A DNA stretch of 35,035 bases. Source: Chloroflexota bacterium. GTDB lineage: Bacteria; Chloroflexota; Dehalococcoidia; Dehalococcoidales; RBG-16-60-22. Positions 8,995 to 17,896 of this stretch are shown here, piece after piece. Positions within the stretch are counted from its first letter, which is position 1, and the number at the start of each line of letters is the position of its first letter. The notes beneath the pieces are model-generated. The model saw only the letters and a program-made list of their open reading frames with translations, had not been told where the DNA came from and searched no databases. A program made the position numbers and the translations under genes. Where the stretch lies: NCBI GenBank assembly GCA_043818095.1, contig JBDRGD010000020.1, positions 1-35,035 on the forward strand. Reading direction: 5' to 3'.

Positions 8995-9683
8995 TAATTT
9001 CCGAGCAAAAGCCTTTCCCGGAAATCCTCAAGTCACTGGAAGGGGAACAGCAACTCTTCATCGTCGGCTGCAAGGGCTGCGCGGAAGCCTGCCACACCGG
9101 CGGCGAGGCGCAGGTCCGGGAGATGAAGGAGAAACTGGAGCAGGAGGGCAAGAAAGTCGTCGGCTTCACCGTCGTCGATTTCCTCTGCGACAAGGCCCTG
9201 GTCAAGTTCCGGCTGCGCGCCCATGAAGACGCGGTCAAAGCCGCCGATTCCCTGCTGGTGATGACCTGCGGCCTCGGCGTGCAGGCCACCGCCAAGGTGG
9301 TGGACAAGCTGACCCACCCCGCCTGCAACACCGTCAACACCGGCGGCGCCCGCGGCGAATGGCGCGGCGAAGAGCGCTGCCTGGAGTGCGGCGACTGCGT
9401 CCTGGACTACACCGGCGGCATCTGCCCGCTGACCTCCTGCACCAAGAGCCTTATCAACGGCCCCTGCGGCGGCACCAGGGACGGCAAGTGTGAGTACGAG
9501 CCGGATACCCGGGACTGCGGCTGGCACCTCATCTACGAGCGCCTCCAGAAGCTGGGCCAGCTCGACCGGATGCGGGCGATGCTCGGCGCCAAGGACTGGA
9601 GCAAGATGCGTCCGCCCAAGGAGCTGCGGGGGACCATCATGTGGGCGCTGGAACGACCGGAGAAGGAGGTTGTCCGCAGATGA
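8991..9683 (+). CDS. metV: methylene-THF reductase Fe-S/Zn subunit MetV
   Basis: GCKGCAEAC and CLECGDC-GGICPLTSCTKSLINGPCGG-CEY-DCGW (MTHFR C-terminal Cys-rich family); directly before metF. Confidence 0.9.
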   Translation: MIISEQKPFPEILKSLEGEQQLFIVGCKGCAEACHTGGEAQVREMKEKLEQEGKKVVGFTVVDFLCDKALVKFRLRAHEDAVKAADSLLVMTCGLGVQATAKVVDKLTHPACNTVNTGGARGEWRGEERCLECGDCVLDYTGGICPLTSCTKSLINGPCGGTRDGKCEYEPDTRDCGWHLIYERLQKLGQLDRMRAMLGAKDWSKMRPPKELRGTIMWALERPEKEVVRR

Positions 9684-10546
9684 ACATTGCCGAAATGGCC
9701 AAAAATGGCAAATTCGTCGTAACCGCCGAGGTAGGCCCCCCCAAGGGCACGGACATCGCGGAGATGCTCGCGGACGCGGAGCTGATGCGGGGACGGGTGC
9801 ACGCCATCAACGTCACGGACCAGCAGAGCTCGGTGATGCGCCTCGGCTCCCTGGCGACCTGCCGCCTGCTCAAGGAAAAAGACCTGGAACCCATCTTCCA
9901 GGTGACCTGCCGCGACCGCAATCGCATCGCTCTGCAGTCTGACCTGCTCAGCGCCGCGGTGCTGGGCGTGGAAAATGTCCTCTGCCTTACCGGCGATTTC
10001 GTCGCCCTCGGCGACCATCCCCAGGCGAAGGGCGTTTTCGACCTCGATTCGGTATCCCTCCTTCTTACCGCGAAAGCCCTCGAAGGGGGTAAGGACCTCG
10101 CCGGTAACGACCTCAAGGGCAGCCCCAGGTTCTGCCTGGGGGCGGTGGTCACCCCCGGCGCCGAGCCCCTGGAACCGCAGATTATCAAGATGGAGAAGAA
10201 GGTCAAGGCCGGGGCGCAGTTCTTCCAGACCCAGGCGGTCTACGACCCCGCCCAGTTCGAGGAGTTCATGAAGGCGGTCGCCTACCTGAACGTCCCCGTA
10301 TCGATGGGCATCGTCATGCTCCGCTCCGCCGGTATGGCGCGCTTCATGAACAAGAACGTGGCGGGGGTCCACGTGCCGGAGAACCTTATCGAGGAGATGG
10401 ACAAGGCGGAGAATAAGGGGCAGAAGAGCATCGAGATTGCCGCCCGCCTCATCAACGAGATGAAATCGATGTGCCAGGGCGCGCACATCATGGCCATCGG
10501 CTGGGAGAAAAAGGTGCCCCAGGTGCTGGACGCCGCCGGCCTTTAG
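9680..10546 (+). CDS. metF: 5,10-methylenetetrahydrofolate reductase
   Basis: TAEVGPPKG, INVTD, TCRDRNRIALQ, LTGD, KVKAGAQFFQTQ; ATG 9680 overlaps the metV stop; AGGAGG SD. Confidence 0.95.
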   Translation: MNIAEMAKNGKFVVTAEVGPPKGTDIAEMLADAELMRGRVHAINVTDQQSSVMRLGSLATCRLLKEKDLEPIFQVTCRDRNRIALQSDLLSAAVLGVENVLCLTGDFVALGDHPQAKGVFDLDSVSLLLTAKALEGGKDLAGNDLKGSPRFCLGAVVTPGAEPLEPQIIKMEKKVKAGAQFFQTQAVYDPAQFEEFMKAVAYLNVPVSMGIVMLRSAGMARFMNKNVAGVHVPENLIEEMDKAENKGQKSIEIAARLINEMKSMCQGAHIMAIGWEKKVPQVLDAAGL

Positions 10547-10569
10547 CCTTTAATAAAACCGTATTCACG

Positions 10570-10607
10570 GATTGGAGCTGTCCGCGCGGCGGCTCCAATC
10601 TTTATTT
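10570..10607 (+). terminator. intrinsic terminator after metF
   Basis: 13-bp stem GATTGGAGCTGTC/GGCGGCTCCAATC (with G-U pairs) followed by TTTATTT. Confidence 0.7.
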
Positions 10608-10659
10608 CAGACATCTCATTTCCCCATCCCGAAAGCGCCGTGCTACAATAGGAATGGTG

Positions 10660-12996
10660 ATGAAAACACCGCAGGTTTCTGCCGTGAAGCGCCGGCCCGC
10701 CGGGAAATCCCGTCTCCTTATCAGCATCCGCGGCGTGGTGCAGGGGGTAGGCTTCCGTCCCTTCGTCTACCAGCTGGCGAGCAAGTACCGCCTGAACGGC
10801 TGGGTGCGCAACACCTCCGGCGATGTCCAAATTGAGGTGGAGGGAGCGCCCGCCCGGCTGGACCGCTTTCTGGCGGCGCTGCCCGCCGCGGCACCGCCCC
10901 TCGCCCGCATCGAGCACCTGACCGCTACCCCGGCGAAACCGGCCGGGTACGACCGCTTTGAGATACAGGAAAGCGTCCCCGAAGAAGGCAGGTACCAGCT
11001 GGTCTCCCCGGACATCGCCACCTGCCACCAGTGCCGGGACGAGGTCCTCTCTCCGGGAGACCGCCGTTACCGCTACCCCTTCACCAACTGCACCAACTGC
11101 GGCCCCCGCTTTACGATTATCGAAGATATCCCCTACGACCGACCCAAGACGACGATGCGCCGCTTCCAGATGTGCCCCGATTGCCAGCGGGAATATGAAA
11201 ACCCCCGTGACCGGCGCTTTCATGCCCAGCCCAACGCCTGCCCACGCTGCGGGCCCCGACTGGAACTGGTGACCGCCCGCGGCACTATTATCACCGGGGA
11301 CGCGATTACCCGCGCCGCCGAGTTCCTGTGCGAGGGAAAAATCGTGGCGGTGAAAGGGCTGGGCGGCTTTCTCCTCGCCTGCGACGCCACCAGCGCAAAA
11401 GCGGCCAAACGCCTGCGGCGGAGAAAGCGGCGCGGCGGCAAGCCCTTCGCCCTGATGCTGGCGACTATCGATGAAATCAAACAACACTGCGTCGTCAACG
11501 CGGCGGAGGAGGCGCTGCTCACCTCGCCGCAGTGCCCCATCGTTCTCCTGGAGCGCCGCCCGGACAGCGGCATCGCGGATACCGTCGCCCCCGGCCTGAA
11601 ATACCTGGGGCTGATGCTCCCCTACACGCCCCTCCACCATCTCCTCTGCCGGGAAGCGGGACGCCCCCTGGTGATGACCAGCGGCAACCTCAGCGAGGAG
11701 CCCATCGCCAAAGATAATGACGAGGCGCGGCGCCGCCTGAGCGGCATCGCGGACTATTTCCTCCGGCACGACCGGGACATTTACTCCCGCTACGATGACA
11801 GTGTGACGATGGTCGTCGCCGGTAAGCCCCAGGTCCTGCGGCGCGCGCGCGGCTACGCCCCCCACCCCGTCCGCCTCCCCTTTCCGGCGAGGCAGGTCCT
11901 CGCCTGCGGGGCGGAGCTGAAAAATACCTTCTGCCTGACGCGGGACGAATACGCCTTTGTCAGCCAGCACATCGGGGACATGGAAAACCTGGAAACGCTG
12001 GCGCACTTCGAGGACACCCTGGCGCTCTACGAGAAGCTCTTCCGCATCAAGCCCGAGGCGGTGGCCTGTGACCTGCACCCGGACTACCTGCCCACGAAAT
12101 ACGCCCGGGAGCTGGCGGAAAAGACCGGCCTGCCCCTTTTCTCCGTCCAGCACCACCACGCCCACGCCGTGGGCTGCCTGGCGGATAACGGCGCACGGGG
12201 ACCGGCCATCAGCGTCAGCCTGGACGGCACCGGCTACGGCACGGACGGTGCCATCTGGGGCGGCGAGTTCCTCATCGCTGACGAGGTAAAATTCGAGCGC
12301 CGGGGCTGTTTTCAATACGTTCCCCTGCCCGGCGGCGCCGCCGCGATTACCCATCCCTACCGCATGGCGACCAGCTACCTGCTCAGCACGCTCGGCGGGG
12401 ACGCACTGGACAAAGGCCTCCCCTTCCTGAGAGACCTCGCCGACGGAGAGACGGCTTTATTACAACAGCAGATAACCCGGGGCATCAACGCCCCGCTCAC
12501 CTCCAGCTGCGGGCGGCTCTTCGACGCCGTGGCCGCCCTGAACGGCTTCCGCGGCAGGATTGCTTACGAGGCCGAAGCCGCCATCGCGCTGGAGATGATG
12601 GCGGACGAGTCCGAAACTGCCGCCTATCCTTTCGATATCAAAAAAGAAGCAGGCGTCCACCGGGTGCTCTTCCCGGAGCTTTTCGCCGCTATCCTCAGCG
12701 ACCGGAAACGCCGCGTCCCGCGGGGCGCCATCGCCATGAAGTTTCACAACACCGTGGTGCGCATCGTCACGGAGATGTGCCGGAGGCTTTCCCGGGAGTC
12801 CGGACTGAAAACAGTCGCGTTGAGCGGCGGCGTCTTTCAGAATCGATTGCTCCTGAAGCTGACCGTGCCCGCGCTGGAAAAGACCGGCTTTACCGTCCTG
12901 ACCCACCGGCAGGTGCCCGCCAACGACGGCGGCATTTCCCTGGGACAGGCGGTGGTTGGCCACTACCGACTGGAGAGAGGTGAAACATGTGCTTAG
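10660..12996 (+). CDS. hypF: carbamoyltransferase HypF
   Basis: GVVQGVGFRPFVY, two CxxC-x18-CxxC fingers, VQHHHAH, PANDGGISLGQ; start probably ATG 10654 or 10660 behind TGCTACAAT. Confidence 0.96.
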   Translation: MKTPQVSAVKRRPAGKSRLLISIRGVVQGVGFRPFVYQLASKYRLNGWVRNTSGDVQIEVEGAPARLDRFLAALPAAAPPLARIEHLTATPAKPAGYDRFEIQESVPEEGRYQLVSPDIATCHQCRDEVLSPGDRRYRYPFTNCTNCGPRFTIIEDIPYDRPKTTMRRFQMCPDCQREYENPRDRRFHAQPNACPRCGPRLELVTARGTIITGDAITRAAEFLCEGKIVAVKGLGGFLLACDATSAKAAKRLRRRKRRGGKPFALMLATIDEIKQHCVVNAAEEALLTSPQCPIVLLERRPDSGIADTVAPGLKYLGLMLPYTPLHHLLCREAGRPLVMTSGNLSEEPIAKDNDEARRRLSGIADYFLRHDRDIYSRYDDSVTMVVAGKPQVLRRARGYAPHPVRLPFPARQVLACGAELKNTFCLTRDEYAFVSQHIGDMENLETLAHFEDTLALYEKLFRIKPEAVACDLHPDYLPTKYARELAEKTGLPLFSVQHHHAHAVGCLADNGARGPAISVSLDGTGYGTDGAIWGGEFLIADEVKFERRGCFQYVPLPGGAAAITHPYRMATSYLLSTLGGDALDKGLPFLRDLADGETALLQQQITRGINAPLTSSCGRLFDAVAALNGFRGRIAYEAEAAIALEMMADESETAAYPFDIKKEAGVHRVLFPELFAAILSDRKRRVPRGAIAMKFHNTVVRIVTEMCRRLSRESGLKTVALSGGVFQNRLLLKLTVPALEKTGFTVLTHRQVPANDGGISLGQAVVGHYRLERGETCA

Positions 12997-13235
12997 CGGT
13001 ACCCGCCCTGGTCAGGTCCGTGCACGGTCACGAAGCGGAGGTGGACATCGGCGGCGTGCGCCGGAACATCAGCATTTTCCTGACCCCCCAGGTCCGGGCG
13101 GGGGATTACGTGCTGCTGCACACCGGCTACGCCATCAACATCATTGACCAGGCGGAGGCGGCGGAAACGCTCCGGCTGCTCAATGAGCTCGCCGATGCCG
13201 CCGACGTCCTCGACGGGGAGATAACCGGTTCATGA
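12987..13235 (+). CDS. hypC: hydrogenase chaperone HypC
   Basis: MCLAVPA N-terminus, GDYVLLHTGYA. Confidence 0.96.
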   Translation: MCLAVPALVRSVHGHEAEVDIGGVRRNISIFLTPQVRAGDYVLLHTGYAINIIDQAEAAETLRLLNELADAADVLDGEITGS

Positions 13236-14326
13236 AGTTCGCCGCCGAGTACCGCGACCCCGCGCTGGCCGAGCGCCTGCTCGCGCAGATACGCCGCCAC
13301 GCCACCAGGCCCATGCGTTTCATGGAGTTCTGCGGCGGCCACACGGCGAGCATCGTGCGGCACGGCACCCGCCAGCTCCTCCCCCCGAATATCGAGATGC
13401 TTTCCGGGCCCGGCTGCCCCGTCTGCGTCACCGCCAATGCCGACCTGGATAGGGCCATCGCCCTCGCCGGAGTGCCGGACGTTATCCTGACCACCTTCGG
13501 AGACATGCTCAAGGTCCCCGGAAGCTACTCCAGCCTCCAGCAGGCGAAGGCGGATGGCGGTGATATCCGCATCGTCTATTCCGCGCAGGACGCGTTACGG
13601 ATTGCCCGGAAGAACCCCCGGAAAGCGGTCGTTTTTCTGGGCATCGGCTTCGAGACCACCGCCCCGACGATTGCCGCTTCCGTCCTCCAGGCGGAGGAGG
13701 AAAAGATTGAGAACTACGGCGTGCTTTCCCCGCACAAGCTCTGTCCCCCGGTGATGAAAGCCCTGCTGGACTCGGGGGAAATAAAGCTGGACGGCATCGT
13801 CTGCCCCGGCCACGTCAGTGCGGTCATCGGCGCGGAGCCCTATGATTTCATCCCCCGCGACTACGGTATCGCCTGTGTCGTTTCCGGCTTCGAGCCGCTG
13901 GACATTCTCCTCTGCGTGGACATGCTGGCGCAGCAGATAATCGCGGGCAAGCCTGCCGTGGAAATCGCCTACCGCCGGGGTGTCACCCGGCAAGGCAACC
14001 GGCTCGCCCTGGAAATCATGTCCCGCGTCTTTACCCCCGGGGACGCTGCCTGGCGGGGTATCGGCACTATCCCGGGGAGCGGGCTGGAATTCAAGCCGGA
14101 GTACCGAAGGTTCGACGCCTCCGCGGCTTTTCCTCTGAAACTGAAGCCCCCCCGCGAGCCTAAAGGCTGCCTCTGCGGGGAAATCCTGCGGGGGGTCAAG
14201 ACCCCTCTTGACTGCGCCCTTTTCGGGAACGCCTGCCGCCCGGAGCAGCCGGTAGGTCCCTGCATGGTTTCGGCGGAAGGCAGCTGCTCCATCTACCACC
14301 TTTACGGAGTGGAACGTGGCGGATAA
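13232..14326 (+). CDS. hypD: hydrogenase formation protein HypD
   Basis: EFCGGH, GPGCPVC, GFETT, PGHVS, C-terminal Cys cluster. Confidence 0.97.
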   Translation: MKFAAEYRDPALAERLLAQIRRHATRPMRFMEFCGGHTASIVRHGTRQLLPPNIEMLSGPGCPVCVTANADLDRAIALAGVPDVILTTFGDMLKVPGSYSSLQQAKADGGDIRIVYSAQDALRIARKNPRKAVVFLGIGFETTAPTIAASVLQAEEEKIENYGVLSPHKLCPPVMKALLDSGEIKLDGIVCPGHVSAVIGAEPYDFIPRDYGIACVVSGFEPLDILLCVDMLAQQIIAGKPAVEIAYRRGVTRQGNRLALEIMSRVFTPGDAAWRGIGTIPGSGLEFKPEYRRFDASAAFPLKLKPPREPKGCLCGEILRGVKTPLDCALFGNACRPEQPVGPCMVSAEGSCSIYHLYGVERGG

Positions 14327-15320
14327 GATACTGCTGGCGCACGGCAGCGGCGGCAAGCTCAGCCATGAGCTGATTACCCGCACCCTCCTCCCGGCTCTCG
14401 CCAATCCCCTGCTGGAGAAGCTGGACGACGCCGCCTCTTTCGAGCTGAAAGGGACGCTGGCGTTCACCACCGACAGCTACGTCGTCAGTCCCATTTTCTT
14501 TCCAGGCGGGGATATCGGCAAGCTGGCGGTCTGCGGCACGGTCAACGACCTGGCGATGTGCGGGGCAAAGCCGCTTTACCTCAGCCTTGCGCTGATTATC
14601 GAGGAAGGGCTGCCCGTGAAGGACCTGGAACGGGTGCTGGCGTCCATCCGGAAAACGGCGGACGCCGCCGGGGTGAAGATTGTGACCGGGGACACCAAGG
14701 TGGTGAACCGGGGCAGCGCGGACCGGATATTCATCAACACCGCCGGCATCGGTGTCGTCCCGGAGGGGGTGCATGTTTCCGGCTCTCAGGCGCGCCCCGG
14801 AGACAGGGTCATCCTCAGCGGCGGCATCGGGGAGCACGGCATCGCTATCATGAGCCGGCGCGAGGGACTGGAGTTCTCTGTCCCCGTCGCCAGCGACTGC
14901 GCTCCGCTGAACGGGCTGGTCGCCGCCATGCTGAAAGCCGCGCCCGATATCCGCTGCCTGCGGGACCCTACGCGCGGGGGACTCGCCGGCACCCTGAACG
15001 AGTTCGCCGGGCAGTCAAATGCCGGTATCCGCATCGTCGAAGCGGAAATACCGGTTAAGGAATCGATTCTCGCGGCGTGCGACCTGCTGGGGCTGGACCC
15101 GCTCTACGTGGCGAACGAGGGCAAACTCGTCGCGGTGGTGCCGCCGGCAAAGGCCGAGGCGGTGCTCGCGGCGATGCGCCGCCATCGTTACGGCAGGGAC
15201 GCTGCCATCATCGGAGAGGTTACCGCGGAGCACCCCGGCAGGGTCGTCATGACCACGCGCCTGGGTGCCACGCGGATTGTGGACATGCTCACCGGGGACC
15301 TGCTCCCGAGGATCTGCTAG
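14316..15320 (+). CDS. hypE: carbamoyl dehydratase HypE
   Basis: LAHGSGG, FTTDSY, GTVNDL, DPTRGGL, terminal PRIC. Confidence 0.97.
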   Translation: MADKILLAHGSGGKLSHELITRTLLPALANPLLEKLDDAASFELKGTLAFTTDSYVVSPIFFPGGDIGKLAVCGTVNDLAMCGAKPLYLSLALIIEEGLPVKDLERVLASIRKTADAAGVKIVTGDTKVVNRGSADRIFINTAGIGVVPEGVHVSGSQARPGDRVILSGGIGEHGIAIMSRREGLEFSVPVASDCAPLNGLVAAMLKAAPDIRCLRDPTRGGLAGTLNEFAGQSNAGIRIVEAEIPVKESILAACDLLGLDPLYVANEGKLVAVVPPAKAEAVLAAMRRHRYGRDAAIIGEVTAEHPGRVVMTTRLGATRIVDMLTGDLLPRIC

Positions 15321-15331
15321 CGTCGCTCCCG

Positions 15332-15592
15332 TCAGGAGTGCTCTTCTTCTCCCACAGCCACCTCGCCCATCCTGGGTAAAGTCAGCGGGTTCTTTTCCCT
15401 GTTACGGGGTGCGGGTGGGACAGCTTGCGGGACAATATTCATAAATTCCCGCCGCTCTCCACACCGCTTGCAGGTCCCGACGCTGGTGGGGCCGTTCGGA
15501 CTCTCGATAACCCAGAAATGAGCGCAGGTCTCGACCGGTGCATATTCGGCAGTTGATTGCTCAACCTTTTTTTCTTTTGTTTTGGTAGGCAT
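15332..15592 (-). CDS. small putative Zn-ribbon protein of unknown function
   Basis: GGAGGT SD before ATG 15592; CAHFWVIE...GTCKRCG (C-H-C-C ligand set). Confidence 0.75.
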   Translation of the reverse strand: MPTKTKEKKVEQSTAEYAPVETCAHFWVIESPNGPTSVGTCKRCGERREFMNIVPQAVPPAPRNREKNPLTLPRMGEVAVGEEEHS

Positions 15593-15649
15593 CACGCACC
15601 TCCAAACTGGATTCATAAAAATATTTTAGGCCAGTCCCGTATTCATGTA

Positions 15650-15665
15650 TGCGACTTTTGTCCCA
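15650..15665. promoter_or_regulatory. CRP-type box upstream of the Zn-ribbon gene
   Basis: TGCGA-CTTTTG-TCCCA, centred ~-41.5 relative to the minus-strand -10 TAAAAT (15623-15628). Confidence 0.6.
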
Positions 15666-15739
15666 TTAAAAGAACGTAAATACGAGTAAAAGGATAGGAA
15701 TAATTAGATACCCGGTGGTGATATCAGGACCGGGGGCGT

Positions 15740-15949
15740 TCAGCCCTCTTCAATGACGATTTCAAAGGGGCAGCTAATCGCCCCGTAGGGACAGGCCTCT
15801 TCGCAGATGGTGCACCATTCCTCGTCGCTGCAGTCCTTGACGACTACCGCCACGCCGCCATCCAGCTGGATAGCGCCGCATTCACAGACACTAAGACAGA
15901 CACCGCAGCCAGTACATTTTTCCGTGTCTACTACCAGCCACGCCGTCAT
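15740..15949 (-). CDS. 2[4Fe-4S] ferredoxin
   Basis: CTGCGVCLSVC and CSDEEWCTICEEACP; GGAGGAGG SD before ATG 15949. Confidence 0.9.
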   Translation of the reverse strand: MTAWLVVDTEKCTGCGVCLSVCECGAIQLDGGVAVVVKDCSDEEWCTICEEACPYGAISCPFEIVIEEG

Positions 15950-16019
15950 AGCCGGACCCTCCTCCACTTTATTAAAGCACCAACCAACCACATCTTATTC
16001 ACAGCACCCGCTCTCTGTC

Positions 16020-16035
16020 TGTGACCTTTGTCTCA
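16020..16035. promoter_or_regulatory. CRP-type box upstream of the ferredoxin gene
   Basis: TGTGA-CCTTTG-TCTCA (one mismatch to TGTGA-N6-TCACA), centred ~-42.5 from the minus-strand -10 TAAGAT (15992-15997). Confidence 0.7.
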
Positions 16036-16704
16036 GGCGAGGACACCGGCGATACCCTGCAACAGCTTCAGATCGGTTATCACGATACGGTGTCTCTCCA
16101 GCCGGATGGCTTTATCCGTTTCCAGGGTTTTCAGGGAACGCCCTACCATTTCCCGCGCCGTCCCCGCGATTGCCGCCATCTCCTGCTGGGTAAGCCGCGT
16201 CACCGGGTGCTGGCCGTCGCCCCCGTATTCCAGCAGTATCTTGGCAATCCTGCCGGTAACATTCTTGAAAGAGAGGTCCTCCACCAGCGAGACGAGATGC
16301 GCCACCTTCTCCGAGAGCACCTTGATGATGTTCCCGGCAAACTGCGGGTAGTCCCGGAAGACCGCCTCCAGGTCACTCTTCTTGATGCCGTAAAGCGTCA
16401 CCGGACCCAGCGCTTCCGCGCCGGCAAGATTGGTCTGCCCGCTAAACACGGGCACATCGTTGAAAGTCTCCCCGGGCCGGACCAGCTCGAGAATCTGCTC
16501 TTTGCCCTCGGCGGAGGTCTTGAAGACCTTGACCACGCCGGTGACCACGAAGTACAGTACCTCCGCCGGCTCGCCCTCGAAGAGGATAATCTCGCCCCGC
16601 TCCGCCGTCTTTTCCAGAACGAACCTGGAGACCGCGGCGTTCTCCGCCTCTCCCAGACCGGAGAAATAGGCGGACTTCGCCAGAAAAGCGTTGAGAACTG
16701 CCAT
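16033..16704 (-). CDS. Crp/Fnr-family transcriptional regulator
   Basis: cNMP-type beta-roll (EGEPAEVLYFVVTGVVKV...PGETF) and HTH LTQQEMAAIAGTAREMVGR; start ATG 16704; upstream TTGCCG-17-TATAAT. Confidence 0.92.
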   Translation of the reverse strand: MAVLNAFLAKSAYFSGLGEAENAAVSRFVLEKTAERGEIILFEGEPAEVLYFVVTGVVKVFKTSAEGKEQILELVRPGETFNDVPVFSGQTNLAGAEALGPVTLYGIKKSDLEAVFRDYPQFAGNIIKVLSEKVAHLVSLVEDLSFKNVTGRIAKILLEYGGDGQHPVTRLTQQEMAAIAGTAREMVGRSLKTLETDKAIRLERHRIVITDLKLLQGIAGVLA

Positions 16705-16795
16705 ACTTTTACACGCTTCGGACCGCGTCCGATGATAGATTATAGCAATTCCGAGCAGATTCGGCAAAGTGACGCCGGCAGGCAACCCGCCAGGC

Positions 16796-17494
16796 TTACT
16801 CTTTCGGCTGAAAGAAGTAACCCACGCCCGGCTCGGTGATGACATAGCGCGGCACGTTCGGGTTCGGCTCTATCTTGCGGCGGATATGGGCGATGTAGAT
16901 GCGCACGTAGTCCACGTCGTCGATATACTCCCAGCCCCAGACCTTCTCCAGTATCTGCTGGTGAGTGAGGACCGACCCGGCATTCTCCACCAGCAGGACC
17001 AGCAGGCGGAACTCCCGCGGCGTCAGCTTTATCCGCTCCCCGTTCACCAGTACTTTACGCTCGGTGACGTCCACGGTAAGGTAATCATCCTGAAAGCTGA
17101 TGCGCGCCTTCTTCTCCCGGTAGTCCGGCAGTTCCGCCCGGCGCAACACCGCCCGCACCCTGGCCACCAGCTCACGGTTCCCCACCGGCTTCAGCAGGTA
17201 CTCGTCCGCCCCGTATTCCAGCCCCCGGACGATGTCGTCCTCGGTGCTCCGCTTGCCGGTAATCATGATCACGGGCACGTCGGAGACCTCACGGATGCGG
17301 CTGCACGTCTGCCAGCCGTCCATACCGGGCATCACCACGTCCAGCATGACTATGTCCGGCTTGCGTTCGTACAGGAGACGGAGGGCCTCCTGCCCGCTCC
17401 TTACTGCCAGGACCTCGTAGCCCTTGTCCTGAAGCACCTGCTCCGCCAGGCGGAGAAGGGCGGGCTCGTCATCGGCAATCAGTACTTTTTTCAA
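16796..17494 (-). CDS. OmpR/KdpE-family response regulator
   Basis: REC (IADDE, LDVVMPG, KPV) plus winged helix (LTPREF...EPGVGY). Confidence 0.95.
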   Translation of the reverse strand: MKKVLIADDEPALLRLAEQVLQDKGYEVLAVRSGQEALRLLYERKPDIVMLDVVMPGMDGWQTCSRIREVSDVPVIMITGKRSTEDDIVRGLEYGADEYLLKPVGNRELVARVRAVLRRAELPDYREKKARISFQDDYLTVDVTERKVLVNGERIKLTPREFRLLVLLVENAGSVLTHQQILEKVWGWEYIDDVDYVRIYIAHIRRKIEPNPNVPRYVITEPGVGYFFQPKE

Positions 17495-17511
17495 CGTTCT
17501 TCACTCTTCCC

Positions 17512-17886
17512 TTATCGACGCCCCCCCAGCATTCCCGCCACCATCAGGGGCAGCTTCCGGGTATCAATCGGCTTGGAAATATAGGAAGTGCAGCCCGCCT
17601 CGAGGAACCTCTCCCGGTCTCCCTTCATGGCGTAGGCCGTCACCGCAATGATGGGCACCTGCCGGAGCTCCGGGTCCTGGCGCAGCCGCCGGGTAACCTC
17701 AAGGCCGCTCATCTCGGGCAACTGTATGTCCATGATAATCAGGTCCGGCCTTTCCCGCTGCGCCGTCTGCAAAGCCTCCGGGCCGTCCCCGGCTTTCACC
17801 AGGGCGTAACCGCCCGACTGGAGAACCATCTCCATGAGGCGCATGTTCTGCGGATTGTCCTCGACAATCAGTATCTTCTTTTTCAG
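17512..17886 (-). CDS. single-domain response regulator (DivK-like)
   Basis: ILIVEDN, MDIQLP, IIAVTAYAMKGD, YISKP; probable CTG start at 17886 behind AAGGAG. Confidence 0.88.
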   Translation of the reverse strand: MKKKILIVEDNPQNMRLMEMVLQSGGYALVKAGDGPEALQTAQRERPDLIIMDIQLPEMSGLEVTRRLRQDPELRQVPIIAVTAYAMKGDRERFLEAGCTSYISKPIDTRKLPLMVAGMLGGRR

Positions 17887-17896
17887 CGTCTGCTCC

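Noticed and set aside
10471-10653. N-terminal extensions in the ORF track for hypF (also ispG, metF, crp, sensor kinase)
   Set aside because: They overlap neighbouring genes or a terminator; better starts with SD, -10 or stop-start overlap exist downstream.
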